NCBI GenBank assembly: GCA_965223265.1
Contig: OZ244999.1
Location: 8,544,001 to 8,608,000 of the forward strand
Direction of reading: 5' to 3'
Source of the DNA: Planctomycetota bacterium
GTDB lineage: Bacteria; Planctomycetota; UBA8108; SXIK01
DNA length: 64,000 bases
In this document: positions 8,933 to 18,289 of the stretch, one piece after another
How the letters are laid out: each line of letters starts with the position of its first letter
How positions within the stretch are numbered: position 1 is the stretch's first letter
Program-made: the position numbers and the translations under genes
Notes under the pieces: generated by a model
Databases searched by the model: none
The model's input: the letters and a program-made list of their open reading frames with translations, nothing else
What the model was told of the DNA's origin: nothing

Positions 8933-11821
8933 ATGGCGAATGCTGATCTGAGCGCGCGTCTGAAGTTGGTCGTGGCTCTGGGTGCCTTTGCCGTGGGCTT
9001 CTCCGTTGCCAGTTTTTCTCCTGTCGCGGCGGCGGACCCGGCCGCACTCGAACGCGCTGGCACCACGATTCTCGCTCAGCGCTGCATCAAGTGTCACAAC
9101 AGCGAGAAACTTTCCTCTGGACTTGACCTGACGCAGCGCGTGTCCGCTCTGCGCGGCGGTGACAGCGGTGCCGCCCTCGTTCCCGGCGCGGCGCAGGAGA
9201 GTCTCCTTTTCGAGAAGGTTCGCGACGGCGAGATGCCGCCGAAAGAACCACTCCCGGCACGGGAGCGCCAAGCGCTGCGCGACTGGATCGCCGCTGGTGC
9301 GCCGTGGAGCGAGATCCTGAAGCCCGCGGTGCAGCCCCGCGCGGAGGCCGACTGGTGGTCGCTCCAGCCGCTGCAAGACCCAGCGCCGCCGTCAATGGAG
9401 GGGGTCCCGGAAGCGTGGACGCGCTCGCCGATCGATCGCTTCGTCTTTGCGCATTTGCGAGAGAAGGGACTTGAACCGTCACCACCGGCCGATCGGCGCA
9501 CGCTCATCCGACGCGCGACATACGACCTCACTGGGTTGCCGCCGACTCCGGAGGCCGTCGCCGCGTTCGTCGCCGATTCGAGCCCGGAGGCGTACTCCCG
9601 TTTGCTGGACCGTCTTTTGAGTTCGCCGCACTATGGCGAGCGTTGGGGGCGGCACTGGCTGGATGTTGTGCGGTTCGGCGAGAGTCATGGTTACGAGCAA
9701 AACCATTTGCGGGCGAACGCGTGGCCGTTTCGTGATTACGTCATTCGTTCGTTCAATGCCGACAAGCCCTTCGATCAGCTTGTGTTGGAACATTTGGCCG
9801 GTGACCAAGTGGGAGCCGGCGACCCCGACGTGGAAGTCGGCACTGGATTCCTCGTCGCCGGCACCTACGACACCGTGGACATCGATAACATCGAGGGCAT
9901 GTTGCAGCAGCGAGCCAACAATCTCGACGACATGTTGTCGACCACGATCGCAACGTTCATGGGATTGACCGCGAACTGCGCGCGTTGTCACGACCATAAG
10001 TTCGACCCCATCCTGCAGCGCGACTATTACCGCTTGCAGGCAGTGTTTGCTGGCGTCGTGCACGGCGAACGTGAAGTGGCGACGCCGGAGAAGAAGGCGC
10101 AGCGCGACGCCGCCGCGGCGGAGATCTCTGCGGCGCTGGAGGATGTGACCGGAAAGATCGAAGCGCTTGAAACTGAAGCATTGAAGCGTGCCGAAGGCCG
10201 CCGTGACGAGCTCCTGAGCGACTTGCGACCGCCGGTGTCGTCGCGCGGCACCGAGGAACGATTCGACCCAGTCAGAGCGCGCTTCGTGCGCATGGAAGTT
10301 CATAAGACGGACAGAAGCTCTGCGACCATCGATGAATTTGAAGTGTGGAGCAGCGGCGACTCACCGCAGAACGTCGCGCTCTTGAGCGCCGGCGCTCAGG
10401 CGAGCGCGCGGGCGACTCGTAGCTCCGATGGTGACACCAGCTTTTACTCGCCGACGTTCGCCATCGATGGTGAATTCGGCCAGGCTTGGATTTCCGGAGA
10501 ACGACCGCAGGCGCAGCTGACGGTCGCGCTCGGTAGCGAGCACGTCATTAACCGGGTGTACTGGTCGCGCGATCGCCTGGGCGGTTTTACGGGTGTGTTT
10601 CAGGGCGGCGTGCCCGTGAAGTACGCGATCGAGGTGTCGCTCAACGGTGAGACATGGGAGCGTGTCGCCGACTCGTACGATCGGGTTCCACCGCGCGAGA
10701 ACCTCGTCCGCGAAGTCCTTCTCGATAGAGTTCTCTCGGACGACGAACGCTTGCAGCTTGCAGATCTTAGAGCCCGTAGGGAAGAGGTAGAGAAGGCTCG
10801 CGCTGCGCTGCCGAAGATCCCACGAGCCTATGTCGGCAGGTTTCAACAACCCACCGAGCCGGTCCATGTCTTGATTCGCGGCAACCCGATGACAAAGGGT
10901 GACGTTGTTCGGCCTGGAAGCATGAGCACGCTCGCGAGTGTGGCGCCTGCGTTCGAGCTCGACGGTGAGGCACCCGAGGGCGAACGACGCCTGGCGCTCG
11001 CCCGTTGGATCAGCCAGGACGCCAACCCTCTGACGCCGCGCGTTCTGGCCAACCGTGTTTGGCACTACCACTTCGGCCGAGGGCTCGTCGCGACTCCCAG
11101 CGACTTTGGCTTCAACGGTGCACCGCCTACGCATCCAAAGTTACTGGACTGGCTTGCCCGCCGCCTTCACGTTCTCGGCTGGCGACTGAAACCGCTTCAC
11201 AAAGAGATCATGCTCTCGATGACCTATCGACAGGCGAGCGATGTACGCACCGACGCTGCCCAAGTCGATCGAGACGCGCTCTTTCTGTGGCGCTTTCCAG
11301 CGCGGCGGTTGGCTGCTGAGGAGGTGCGCGACTCGATGCTTGCTGTCGCCGGCACACTGGATCGCTCCATGGGCGGCCCAGGGTTTCGACTTTACCGATA
11401 CACCGTCGACAACGTGGCTACGTACCTTCCTCTGACAACCGTGGACGAATCGACGTTTCGGCGATCGGTGTATCACCAACATGCCCGCTCGGTGAAGGTG
11501 GACTTGCTCGGCGAATACGATTGCCCTGACTCCGCGCTGGCTGCACCGCGCCGAGAAGTGACGACCTCACCCCTGCAAGCGCTCACTCTTCTCAACGGCG
11601 ACTTTGTTCTGCGGCAAGCGCAGGCGTTTGCCGAGCGTGTGGAGCGAGAGGTCGGAGGCTCTGAGCCGGTGCAGCAGGTGGAGCGAGCTTTCGTCTTGGC
11701 GTTCGGTCGGCCACCCATGGCGGACGAATTGGAACGCTCGGTAGAGTTCGTCAAAGCTCACGGCCTGTTCGTTTTCTGTCGCGCACTCCTGAATGCCAAC
11801 GAGTTTGTCTATGTCATGTGA
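8933..11821 (+). CDS. Planctomycete cytochrome c + DUF1549 + discoidin-like + DUF1553 (PSD1) protein
   Basis: CIKCH and CARCHDHKFDP; YGERWGRHWLDVVR; NPLTPRVLANRVWHYHFGRGLV; ends LLNANEFVYV. Confidence 0.92.
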   Translation: MANADLSARLKLVVALGAFAVGFSVASFSPVAAADPAALERAGTTILAQRCIKCHNSEKLSSGLDLTQRVSALRGGDSGAALVPGAAQESLLFEKVRDGEMPPKEPLPARERQALRDWIAAGAPWSEILKPAVQPRAEADWWSLQPLQDPAPPSMEGVPEAWTRSPIDRFVFAHLREKGLEPSPPADRRTLIRRATYDLTGLPPTPEAVAAFVADSSPEAYSRLLDRLLSSPHYGERWGRHWLDVVRFGESHGYEQNHLRANAWPFRDYVIRSFNADKPFDQLVLEHLAGDQVGAGDPDVEVGTGFLVAGTYDTVDIDNIEGMLQQRANNLDDMLSTTIATFMGLTANCARCHDHKFDPILQRDYYRLQAVFAGVVHGEREVATPEKKAQRDAAAAEISAALEDVTGKIEALETEALKRAEGRRDELLSDLRPPVSSRGTEERFDPVRARFVRMEVHKTDRSSATIDEFEVWSSGDSPQNVALLSAGAQASARATRSSDGDTSFYSPTFAIDGEFGQAWISGERPQAQLTVALGSEHVINRVYWSRDRLGGFTGVFQGGVPVKYAIEVSLNGETWERVADSYDRVPPRENLVREVLLDRVLSDDERLQLADLRARREEVEKARAALPKIPRAYVGRFQQPTEPVHVLIRGNPMTKGDVVRPGSMSTLASVAPAFELDGEAPEGERRLALARWISQDANPLTPRVLANRVWHYHFGRGLVATPSDFGFNGAPPTHPKLLDWLARRLHVLGWRLKPLHKEIMLSMTYRQASDVRTDAAQVDRDALFLWRFPARRLAAEEVRDSMLAVAGTLDRSMGGPGFRLYRYTVDNVATYLPLTTVDESTFRRSVYHQHARSVKVDLLGEYDCPDSALAAPRREVTTSPLQALTLLNGDFVLRQAQAFAERVEREVGGSEPVQQVERAFVLAFGRPPMADELERSVEFVKAHGLFVFCRALLNANEFVYVM

Positions 11822-13220
11822 TTCTTTGATTCCCCGACGTCACTTTTTTTCCTCGATGAGCGATGGACTGGTGGGCGCTGCACTTCTTTCGCTGCTCGGC
11901 GGGAGCCGTGCCACCGCGGAATCGCCACGATCGCAGGCCAAGGCGAAGCGCGTGATTCAGATTTTCTGCCCCGGCGGTGTGTCGCACGTCGACACGTGGG
12001 AGTACAAGCCAGAGCTGACGGCCTACCACGGCAAGCCTCTACCGAACGAAGGTAACTTTGTTTCGTTCATGGGGCGAAACGGAAATCTCATGCAGAGTCC
12101 GTGGGAGTTTCGTCGCTGCGGGGAGAGCGGCAAGCTGGTCTCGGAACTCTTTCCGCATCTTGGCGAGCTCGTCGACGACATCGCCTTCATTCACTCGATG
12201 ACGTCGAAGACAAACACGCATGGCCCCGCGTGTGTGTTCATGAACACGGGATTCGTGGCGGAGGGGTTCCCGAGCGCGGGTTCCTGGACCAGCTACGCTC
12301 TTGGGTCTGAAAACGATGACCTTCCCACATATATCGCGATGCCCGATGTGCGCGGGATTCCGCCGTCGGGACCGGCGAACTGGAACGCGGGTTTCCTCCC
12401 CGCGGAGCACCAGGCGATTGTCATGACGGCTGCGGAGCCGATTCGAAACATCGCGCGTCCGGCTGCCGTCTCACCGCAGTCGGATGCCTCTTCTCGTGAG
12501 TTCATCACTTTTCTCAACCGAGCGCACATGCGTCGTCACGCAGGCCGCTCCGAACTGGAAGCCCGGGTCGCCGCTTACGAGCTCGCCGCGCGGATGCAGC
12601 TCTCTGCACCAGAAGCGAGCGATCTCAGCCAAGAGTCTCGGATTACCCACCAGCTCTACGGCACCGACGACCCGAATCCGCTGGCCGCCACATACGCCCG
12701 GAACTGTTTGCTGGCGCGGCGTTTCCTTGAGCGCGGCGTCCGTTACATCACGCTCTACTGTGGCTCGCGCGCTTCTGGCGTTGACGGGCTACTGAATTGG
12801 GACGCCCACAAGACGCTAGAGAAGGACTACGAGCGGCATGCGCCGATTCTGGATCGAGCCTCTGCGGCGCTCATCAAAGATCTCCGTGTGCGCGGTCTTC
12901 TCGACGAAACCTTGGTGCTTTGGACGACGGAGTTCGGACGCATGCCGACGCATCAGGAGGGCACGCTTGGGCGCGACCACAATCCAGATGGCTTCACTGT
13001 CTGGATGGCCGGCGCTGGCGTCAAGGGTGGGGTGAGCTATGGTGCCACGGACCCGCTCGGGAGAAAGGCAGCGGTTGACGTTGCGTCGGTCTACGACTTT
13101 TACGCCACGGTTCTGCATCTCCTTGGTCTCGATCACACCAAGGCGACGTACTACCACAACGGGATCGAGCGACGTTTGACCGACGTTCACGGACACGTGA
13201 TCGACGCGGTCCTTGCCTGA
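11811..13220 (+). CDS. DUF1501 domain protein
   Basis: Tat-like RRHFF leader; GGVSHVDTWEYKP; EFGRMP; GRDHN; RRLTDVHG. Confidence 0.92.
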   Translation: MSCDSLIPRRHFFSSMSDGLVGAALLSLLGGSRATAESPRSQAKAKRVIQIFCPGGVSHVDTWEYKPELTAYHGKPLPNEGNFVSFMGRNGNLMQSPWEFRRCGESGKLVSELFPHLGELVDDIAFIHSMTSKTNTHGPACVFMNTGFVAEGFPSAGSWTSYALGSENDDLPTYIAMPDVRGIPPSGPANWNAGFLPAEHQAIVMTAAEPIRNIARPAAVSPQSDASSREFITFLNRAHMRRHAGRSELEARVAAYELAARMQLSAPEASDLSQESRITHQLYGTDDPNPLAATYARNCLLARRFLERGVRYITLYCGSRASGVDGLLNWDAHKTLEKDYERHAPILDRASAALIKDLRVRGLLDETLVLWTTEFGRMPTHQEGTLGRDHNPDGFTVWMAGAGVKGGVSYGATDPLGRKAAVDVASVYDFYATVLHLLGLDHTKATYYHNGIERRLTDVHGHVIDAVLA

Positions 13221-13285
13221 CCCTGGGCCGATTGGCAAGTCGACGCTTGAGAGAGTGGTGAGTCGATCCGAACGACGGGTTGAGA

Positions 13286-13456
13286 CTAGGCGAGGCGAAC
13301 GTCCCGTGACCCACCGAGACGGCCGTCCAGGTCGCTGCTGCGGCGCCGCTCGCGCCATGCTGCGACACCTTCTCGTCCTGCAACGGAGAGCGCATAGGAC
13401 GTGAGGACGACGATGAGAACCGGAGTCCAGTTGGAGAAGAAGACCGTTTCGAACAT
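13286..13456 (-). CDS. Small (56 aa) single-TM protein MFETVFFSNWTPVLIVVLTSYALSVAGREG...; absent from the ORF track
   Basis: Perfect RBS AAGGAGGT 5 nt before the ATG; hydrophobic N-terminus followed by a basic tail; sigma-54 motif upstream. Confidence 0.65.
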   Translation of the reverse strand: MFETVFFSNWTPVLIVVLTSYALSVAGREGVAAWRERRRSSDLDGRLGGSRDVRLA

Positions 13457-13528
13457 TCCCTACCTCCTTCAGTTGTTGCCGCTGGTTGAACGCCGCGATC
13501 CCAGGCCTCCCACCGTGATGATGGTGAC

Positions 13529-13543
13529 GCAAGGTGCGTGCCG
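13529..13543 (-). promoter_or_regulatory. Sigma-54 -24/-12 promoter (CGGCACGCACCTTGC)
   Basis: GG-N10-GC with a near-consensus GGCACG...TTGC, about 70 nt upstream of the small ORF. Confidence 0.6.
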
Positions 13544-13624
13544 GTTGCCTCGGTAAGTCGTAACCATCTGCTGACAGGGAGGTTGAGGAACAACCGCAAC
13601 GGCGCGGCAGAGGCAGGGGAATCA

Positions 13625-13644
13625 CTCGATTGTCCACAATCGAG
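13625..13644. promoter_or_regulatory. Perfect palindrome CTCGATTGT-CC-ACAATCGAG; candidate activator or operator site
   Basis: 9-bp perfect inverted repeat about 110-130 bp upstream of the inferred sigma-54 start site. Confidence 0.5.
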
Positions 13645-13829
13645 ACTTTCCGTCGAGGGAAAGCGACATATGGACCTGTCACCCTGTGCGGGAGAGGAAG
13701 GGCGCGAGGGAGAGACGCCGGCGCGATCGCGACTCCCGAGACGCTGACGCCCGGGTCGCTGAGGAAACAGTCGCGGGGAGTGGCCGGCAAGCTGCAGCAA
13801 CTCTCCGAAGCTTCTCGTGACGACCTCGA

Positions 13830-14891
13830 CTATCTCGGCACGATCCACACATTGCGGTAGCGCACGGGATTGCTGTGGTCTTGGAGGTAGACGGGGCCGG
13901 GGGACGCCCCTTCAGTCCGCACGATCGCAGCACGGGTAGTTTTCGGTACTTCGACGTCGTTCTGCACGAGGACGCCGTTGTGATACACAGTCAAGCGAGC
14001 GTTTCTTGTCTTTTTCCCGTTGCCATCGAACTGTGCCGCCGTGAACTCGATGTCGTACGTTTGCCAGGAGAGCGGCGGCAGACACATGTTGATCGCTGCA
14101 TCGCTCGTCTCATAGATGCCTCCAGCCTCGAAGTTCTTTCCGGTGAGTCCGAAGGAGTCGAGGATCTGGACCTCGTAGCGCCCCTGCAGGTAGCAGCCGC
14201 TGTTGCCACGTCCTTGCCCGCGAGCGTGTGGCATATACGGTGTCATGAACTCAAGGTGGAGTTTGCAGCTTTGAAAGTGTTCCTTGCTCTGAACCCCTTG
14301 TTCAAGGAGCCCGTCGGGGGTCACCTGTGCGCCCTCGAAGTTGGCGCCTGAAGTCCCGTCGAAAAGAACGATCGCACCCTGGGGAGCCGCCGCTCCGAGC
14401 GTTGGGCTGCGTCTGTGTGTGCGCTGGAGGGTGCCAAGTCGACCGCCGTCGGGTCCGAGTAGCTTCGCTTCGCCGTACTCCAACTTGACCTCGGCGACGA
14501 GGGTCGAGCCTTGCTGAGGCGTCGGACGGACCTGACGCCGCAGCAACGCGGTGCCGGTCGACGAGTTGCCTGAGAATAGGAGCTTGGCGCTGCGGTTCCA
14601 ACCGTCGCCAGGAAGGCCGCCCCAGTAGCCCACCGCGTCGAACGCTCCACCGCCCAGGGCGATCACCTGCAGGCCAATCTTTCCGCCCAATCCATCGAGA
14701 TTCACTTGGCCGGCGTACTCCCCTTGAACGTGAAAGTCGGCATCCACCTCGCTGAGCTTTGTTGTCACGAGTTCCGTTGGCTTCGCCGACTTGTCGGCCG
14801 CATGGCTGGACGGTGACGTGGCCATCGTTAGAAATGGGGAGACGGCGACAACTATGACGAGAGCCTGTGAGTTGATTGGCAGGTGTAGCAT
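13830..14891 (-). CDS. DUF1080 (3-keto-disaccharide hydrolase-like) secreted protein
   Basis: GAIVLFDG, LHLEF, GNSGCYLQGRYEVQILDSFG, LQDHSNPVRYRNVW. Confidence 0.88.
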   Translation of the reverse strand: MLHLPINSQALVIVVAVSPFLTMATSPSSHAADKSAKPTELVTTKLSEVDADFHVQGEYAGQVNLDGLGGKIGLQVIALGGGAFDAVGYWGGLPGDGWNRSAKLLFSGNSSTGTALLRRQVRPTPQQGSTLVAEVKLEYGEAKLLGPDGGRLGTLQRTHRRSPTLGAAAPQGAIVLFDGTSGANFEGAQVTPDGLLEQGVQSKEHFQSCKLHLEFMTPYMPHARGQGRGNSGCYLQGRYEVQILDSFGLTGKNFEAGGIYETSDAAINMCLPPLSWQTYDIEFTAAQFDGNGKKTRNARLTVYHNGVLVQNDVEVPKTTRAAIVRTEGASPGPVYLQDHSNPVRYRNVWIVPR

Positions 14892-15023
14892 GATTTTCCT
14901 CGCTGCGTGATTCGTTTGCCGAAACGCACCAATCAAGCGGCGATGTGAGGATCGTCCGAGAGCGCGGCCGTCGACTCGGTCGAACGCCCCTCGTACGTGC
15001 GCTGCGCCACTCTGCGCTTCAGC

Positions 15024-15866
15024 TCAATCTCGATGTTGGGCGGCGGCTTCGCTCTTTCTCTTGCTCTTCTTCGGTTGTCGAGACTCGCCGAGGACCCAGC
15101 GGGGAGTGAAACGCGGCCCCTTCATGACCGCCTTTGTCACTTGTTCGGCCGCCTCGTCCGGGGAATCCGTCAAAATGAAGCGGTCAAAGTCGGCAGCGTC
15201 AATGGTCCCTTCCCGAACCATTGTGTTGCGCATGAAGTCGAGGATTGGATCCCAGTAATCGAGTCCCATGAGGACGAGGGGAAAGTTTCCGATCTTTCCC
15301 GTTTGAATCAGTGTCGCCGTCTCAAAGATCTCGTCGAGTGTGCCAAAGCCGCCTGGCATGACCACGAACGCCTGCGAGTATTTGACGAGCATGACCTTGC
15401 GAACAAAGAAGTAGCGAAACTCGAGCCAGAAATCGAGATAGGGATTCGGATGCTGTTCATGCGGCAGTTCGATGTTGCAGCCGATCGAAAGTCCGTCAGC
15501 GTCCTTAGCGCCTCGGTTCGCCGCTTCCATGATTCCCGGTCCGCCGCCGGTCATGATGCCGAAACCCTGGCGTACCAGGGAGGCGGCCGTTTCTCGCGCG
15601 AGCTGATAGTAGCGGTGATCTTCTTCGAAACGGGCCGAACCAAAGACCGTGACACACGGCGCCTCGAGAAAGTGAAGACGTCGAAACCCACGAATGAACT
15701 CGGCGGTGATACGAAGAACGCGAGCTAGTTCCGCGCGGCGAGTTGATGGACCCTCGAGCAGTCGTCCTTCGTCGGGAGCGCGCGTCGCTTTTCCCCAGCG
15801 CGGCGCGGGAAGTGATGTTTTGTGCATGGAGTCTTTCTGGTCGTTCGTCATTTCGTCGCGCTTCAA
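15024..15866 (-). CDS. LOG-family nucleotide phosphoribohydrolase (TIGR00730-type)
   Basis: TGGGPGIMEAANRGA, RKVML, PGGFGTLDE. Confidence 0.92.
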   Translation of the reverse strand: MKRDEMTNDQKDSMHKTSLPAPRWGKATRAPDEGRLLEGPSTRRAELARVLRITAEFIRGFRRLHFLEAPCVTVFGSARFEEDHRYYQLARETAASLVRQGFGIMTGGGPGIMEAANRGAKDADGLSIGCNIELPHEQHPNPYLDFWLEFRYFFVRKVMLVKYSQAFVVMPGGFGTLDEIFETATLIQTGKIGNFPLVLMGLDYWDPILDFMRNTMVREGTIDAADFDRFILTDSPDEAAEQVTKAVMKGPRFTPRWVLGESRQPKKSKRKSEAAAQHRD

Positions 15867-16876
15867 GCGTTCAGTTCGCGGGCGGCGTCGATCGCTGCGT
15901 AGGTGAGAATCATATCAGCTCCCGCGCGGCGAATCGCCACGAGAGTCTCAAGCATGATGGCTTTGCCGTCGAGCCAGCCGCGTTCAGCGGCTGCCTTCAT
16001 CATGGCGTATTCGCCGCTCACCTGATAGGCCGCAACAGGACGTGTTGTCGACTCTCTGACAGCCGAGATGACATCGAGATATGGTAGCGCCGGCTTGACC
16101 ATCACGATGTCCGCGCCTTCCTCGCAATCCAAGTTCACCTCGAGGACCGCTTCGCGACGATTGGCGGGATCCATTTGGTAGGTCTTCTTGTCGCCGTGTT
16201 TCGGGGCGGAGTCGAGCGCATCGCGAAACGGGCCATAGAACGACGATGCGTACTTGGCCGAGTAGGCTAGGATCCCGACAGAGGTATGGCTCGACTCGTC
16301 GAGCGCGCGGCGAATGTACCCGACACGGCCGTCCATCATATCGGATGGGGCGACGATGTCGGCTCCTGCCTCCGCTTGGCTGACTGCCATGGCAGCGAGG
16401 ATCTCCAGCGTCGCGTCGTTGACGATTTCGTCGGCTTCGACAAGTCCGTCGTGCCCGTCACTGGAGTACGGATCCATGGCGACGTCCGTAATCACGACGA
16501 CCTCTGGAAACGCATCCTTGAGAGCACGAATCGTCCGCTGAAGAAGGCCTGTCGGGTTGACCGACTCCGTGGCCCGTTTGTCCTTGAGTTTGTCTTTGAG
16601 TGCCGGAAAGAGTGCGATCGCTCGGACTCCCACCTGCGTTGCTTGCCGTACCTTCTGCACCGTGAGATCAATCGTCGCACGGCTGACGCCCGGCATCGAA
16701 GGAATGGGTTCTTCTCGGTCGTCTCCGTCGATGACAAACAAGGGAAGAATGAAGTCAGCCGGTGTCAATCGAGTTTCGCGTACCAGGTCACGCATGGCTG
16801 CGCAGCGACGATTGCGCCGCGGACGCAGCGGTAGAAACGGTAGCGGCGGCGGCGACTTTCTTGAGGCGTCAGGCAT
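15863..16876 (-). CDS. hemB: Porphobilinogen synthase
   Basis: APSDMMDGRV, YSAKYASSFYGPFRDA, MVKPALPYLD, AYQVSGEY. Confidence 0.97.
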   Translation of the reverse strand: MPDASRKSPPPLPFLPLRPRRNRRCAAMRDLVRETRLTPADFILPLFVIDGDDREEPIPSMPGVSRATIDLTVQKVRQATQVGVRAIALFPALKDKLKDKRATESVNPTGLLQRTIRALKDAFPEVVVITDVAMDPYSSDGHDGLVEADEIVNDATLEILAAMAVSQAEAGADIVAPSDMMDGRVGYIRRALDESSHTSVGILAYSAKYASSFYGPFRDALDSAPKHGDKKTYQMDPANRREAVLEVNLDCEEGADIVMVKPALPYLDVISAVRESTTRPVAAYQVSGEYAMMKAAAERGWLDGKAIMLETLVAIRRAGADMILTYAAIDAARELNA

Positions 16877-16897
16877 GCTGGCGGTGACTCTTCGCGA

Positions 16898-18289
16898 TTA
16901 CTCGGAGTGCGGCGGTAGGGTTGGTGCTTCGACATGATCCGTGGCGGCTTCTCTCGATGCACCCGGTTTTGGATCGTCGAGGGACCGTGGTGGCAGGCAC
17001 CGCTCGAGCGCCATCAGCGCGAACGACGTTCCATAGGGTTGATGATAGTCGTAGAACGGAAAATCCCACCATGAACCATCGGTTTCTTGCCGTTTGAGCA
17101 GGGTCGAAGCGACTCGCTGCTGATAGATGCGTCGCTCCCCGATCGGTAACTGCTCGAGGCTGAGCGCAGCATAGTAGTAGCCATAGTAATAGAAGTAGCC
17201 GGCAACTTGAAACCACGCCTCGTGCGGAATCGGGCGCTTGCGACCGATGTCGAGCCACACGCTACGCGCTAGTAGCCGGTCAAGCCACGATCGCATGACG
17301 TCGCTCGTCACGCTCTCGTCGTCCCACAGGTGCAGGGCGAGGTTGCACGCCTGCGAACGTCCGAGGCTACCACCGGGCCGATTGATCGGATGCATGGGAC
17401 GCCACGTCCAATACGCGCTGTAGAGGTAACTGAAGTCAGGCTTCTTCAAGCGCTGGAGGGAGGCCACGGCGCGGCGCGTCAGCTGTCGCGGCGGTTTGAT
17501 CCCAGCGGCGTCTGCGTTCTTCAAGGCAATCAACGCGGTCGCGGTGGTGAAGCTGGTTGCAGCGCCGGCTGGTTTTTGCATGCCGTAGTGAAAGTCGTAG
17601 TACCCCCAACCGCCGCTGAGATTCTCGAATCTGGAGAGAAACGCGATCTGGCCGCGGAGTAACTCCAGCGCGGTCGATCTCGTCTCTGGGCCGAAGTTCG
17701 ACTGCGCAAGTGTTGAGAGCGCGTCGACCGCGTAGGCGTGAGCCCAGACGTTGTAAATCGCTGCGGGAGTCCCACGTCGGAGGCGAGGCAAGTTCTCCTC
17801 GAGCCACTCGACTCCGCGCTCCACGGCGGCGCGTCCGTCGCGCCTTAGCGCTGCTGCGTCTTCGCCTAACTCGCGTCGGTTAAGCTCCACGAGCGCTTTC
17901 ACCGCAAGCGCGGTCACGGCGGCATGAAAGGATCTGTGGGCACCTGGAACTGGAGCGTAGACGTTGAGACCCTTTGTACGACGTGGGCTACCCCAAGATC
18001 CGTCCTTTCGCTGTGCGTTCAGCAGAAAGTGCGCGCCGCGTACCATACCAGCCGTGGTCATCGCCGGCCAGTCGGCCGCAGCTTCACCACGGCTTGTCGG
18101 CTTGTTGCTCGAGCCGACCATGTCTCCTACCAGAGTTGCATTCGCAGGGTCGGCCGCCTGGTCCAAGATGCCAGTTTCGTCCGGAGCGGCGATGGCGTGC
18201 TCAAGAACGCCCAGTCCGACAAAAACGGTCGCGATCGCCGCGAGCTGCGCCACGACGCGTGGGCGCTCCCGATCTGCGGTGTGCCTCAT
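16898..18289 (-). CDS. Secreted prenyltransferase/squalene-oxidase-repeat (alpha/alpha toroid) protein
   Basis: QW-like repeats AQRKDGSW and RQETDGSWW, plus GGWGY; signal peptide. Confidence 0.75.
   Translation of the reverse strand: MRHTADRERPRVVAQLAAIATVFVGLGVLEHAIAAPDETGILDQAADPANATLVGDMVGSSNKPTSRGEAAADWPAMTTAGMVRGAHFLLNAQRKDGSWGSPRRTKGLNVYAPVPGAHRSFHAAVTALAVKALVELNRRELGEDAAALRRDGRAAVERGVEWLEENLPRLRRGTPAAIYNVWAHAYAVDALSTLAQSNFGPETRSTALELLRGQIAFLSRFENLSGGWGYYDFHYGMQKPAGAATSFTTATALIALKNADAAGIKPPRQLTRRAVASLQRLKKPDFSYLYSAYWTWRPMHPINRPGGSLGRSQACNLALHLWDDESVTSDVMRSWLDRLLARSVWLDIGRKRPIPHEAWFQVAGYFYYYGYYYAALSLEQLPIGERRIYQQRVASTLLKRQETDGSWWDFPFYDYHQPYGTSFALMALERCLPPRSLDDPKPGASREAATDHVEAPTLPPHSE

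Noticed and set aside
13500-13580. ZTP-riboswitch-like words (GACT...GCCTGGG) upstream of the small ORF
   Set aside because: The conserved pairings are absent; the region is better explained by the sigma-54 promoter.
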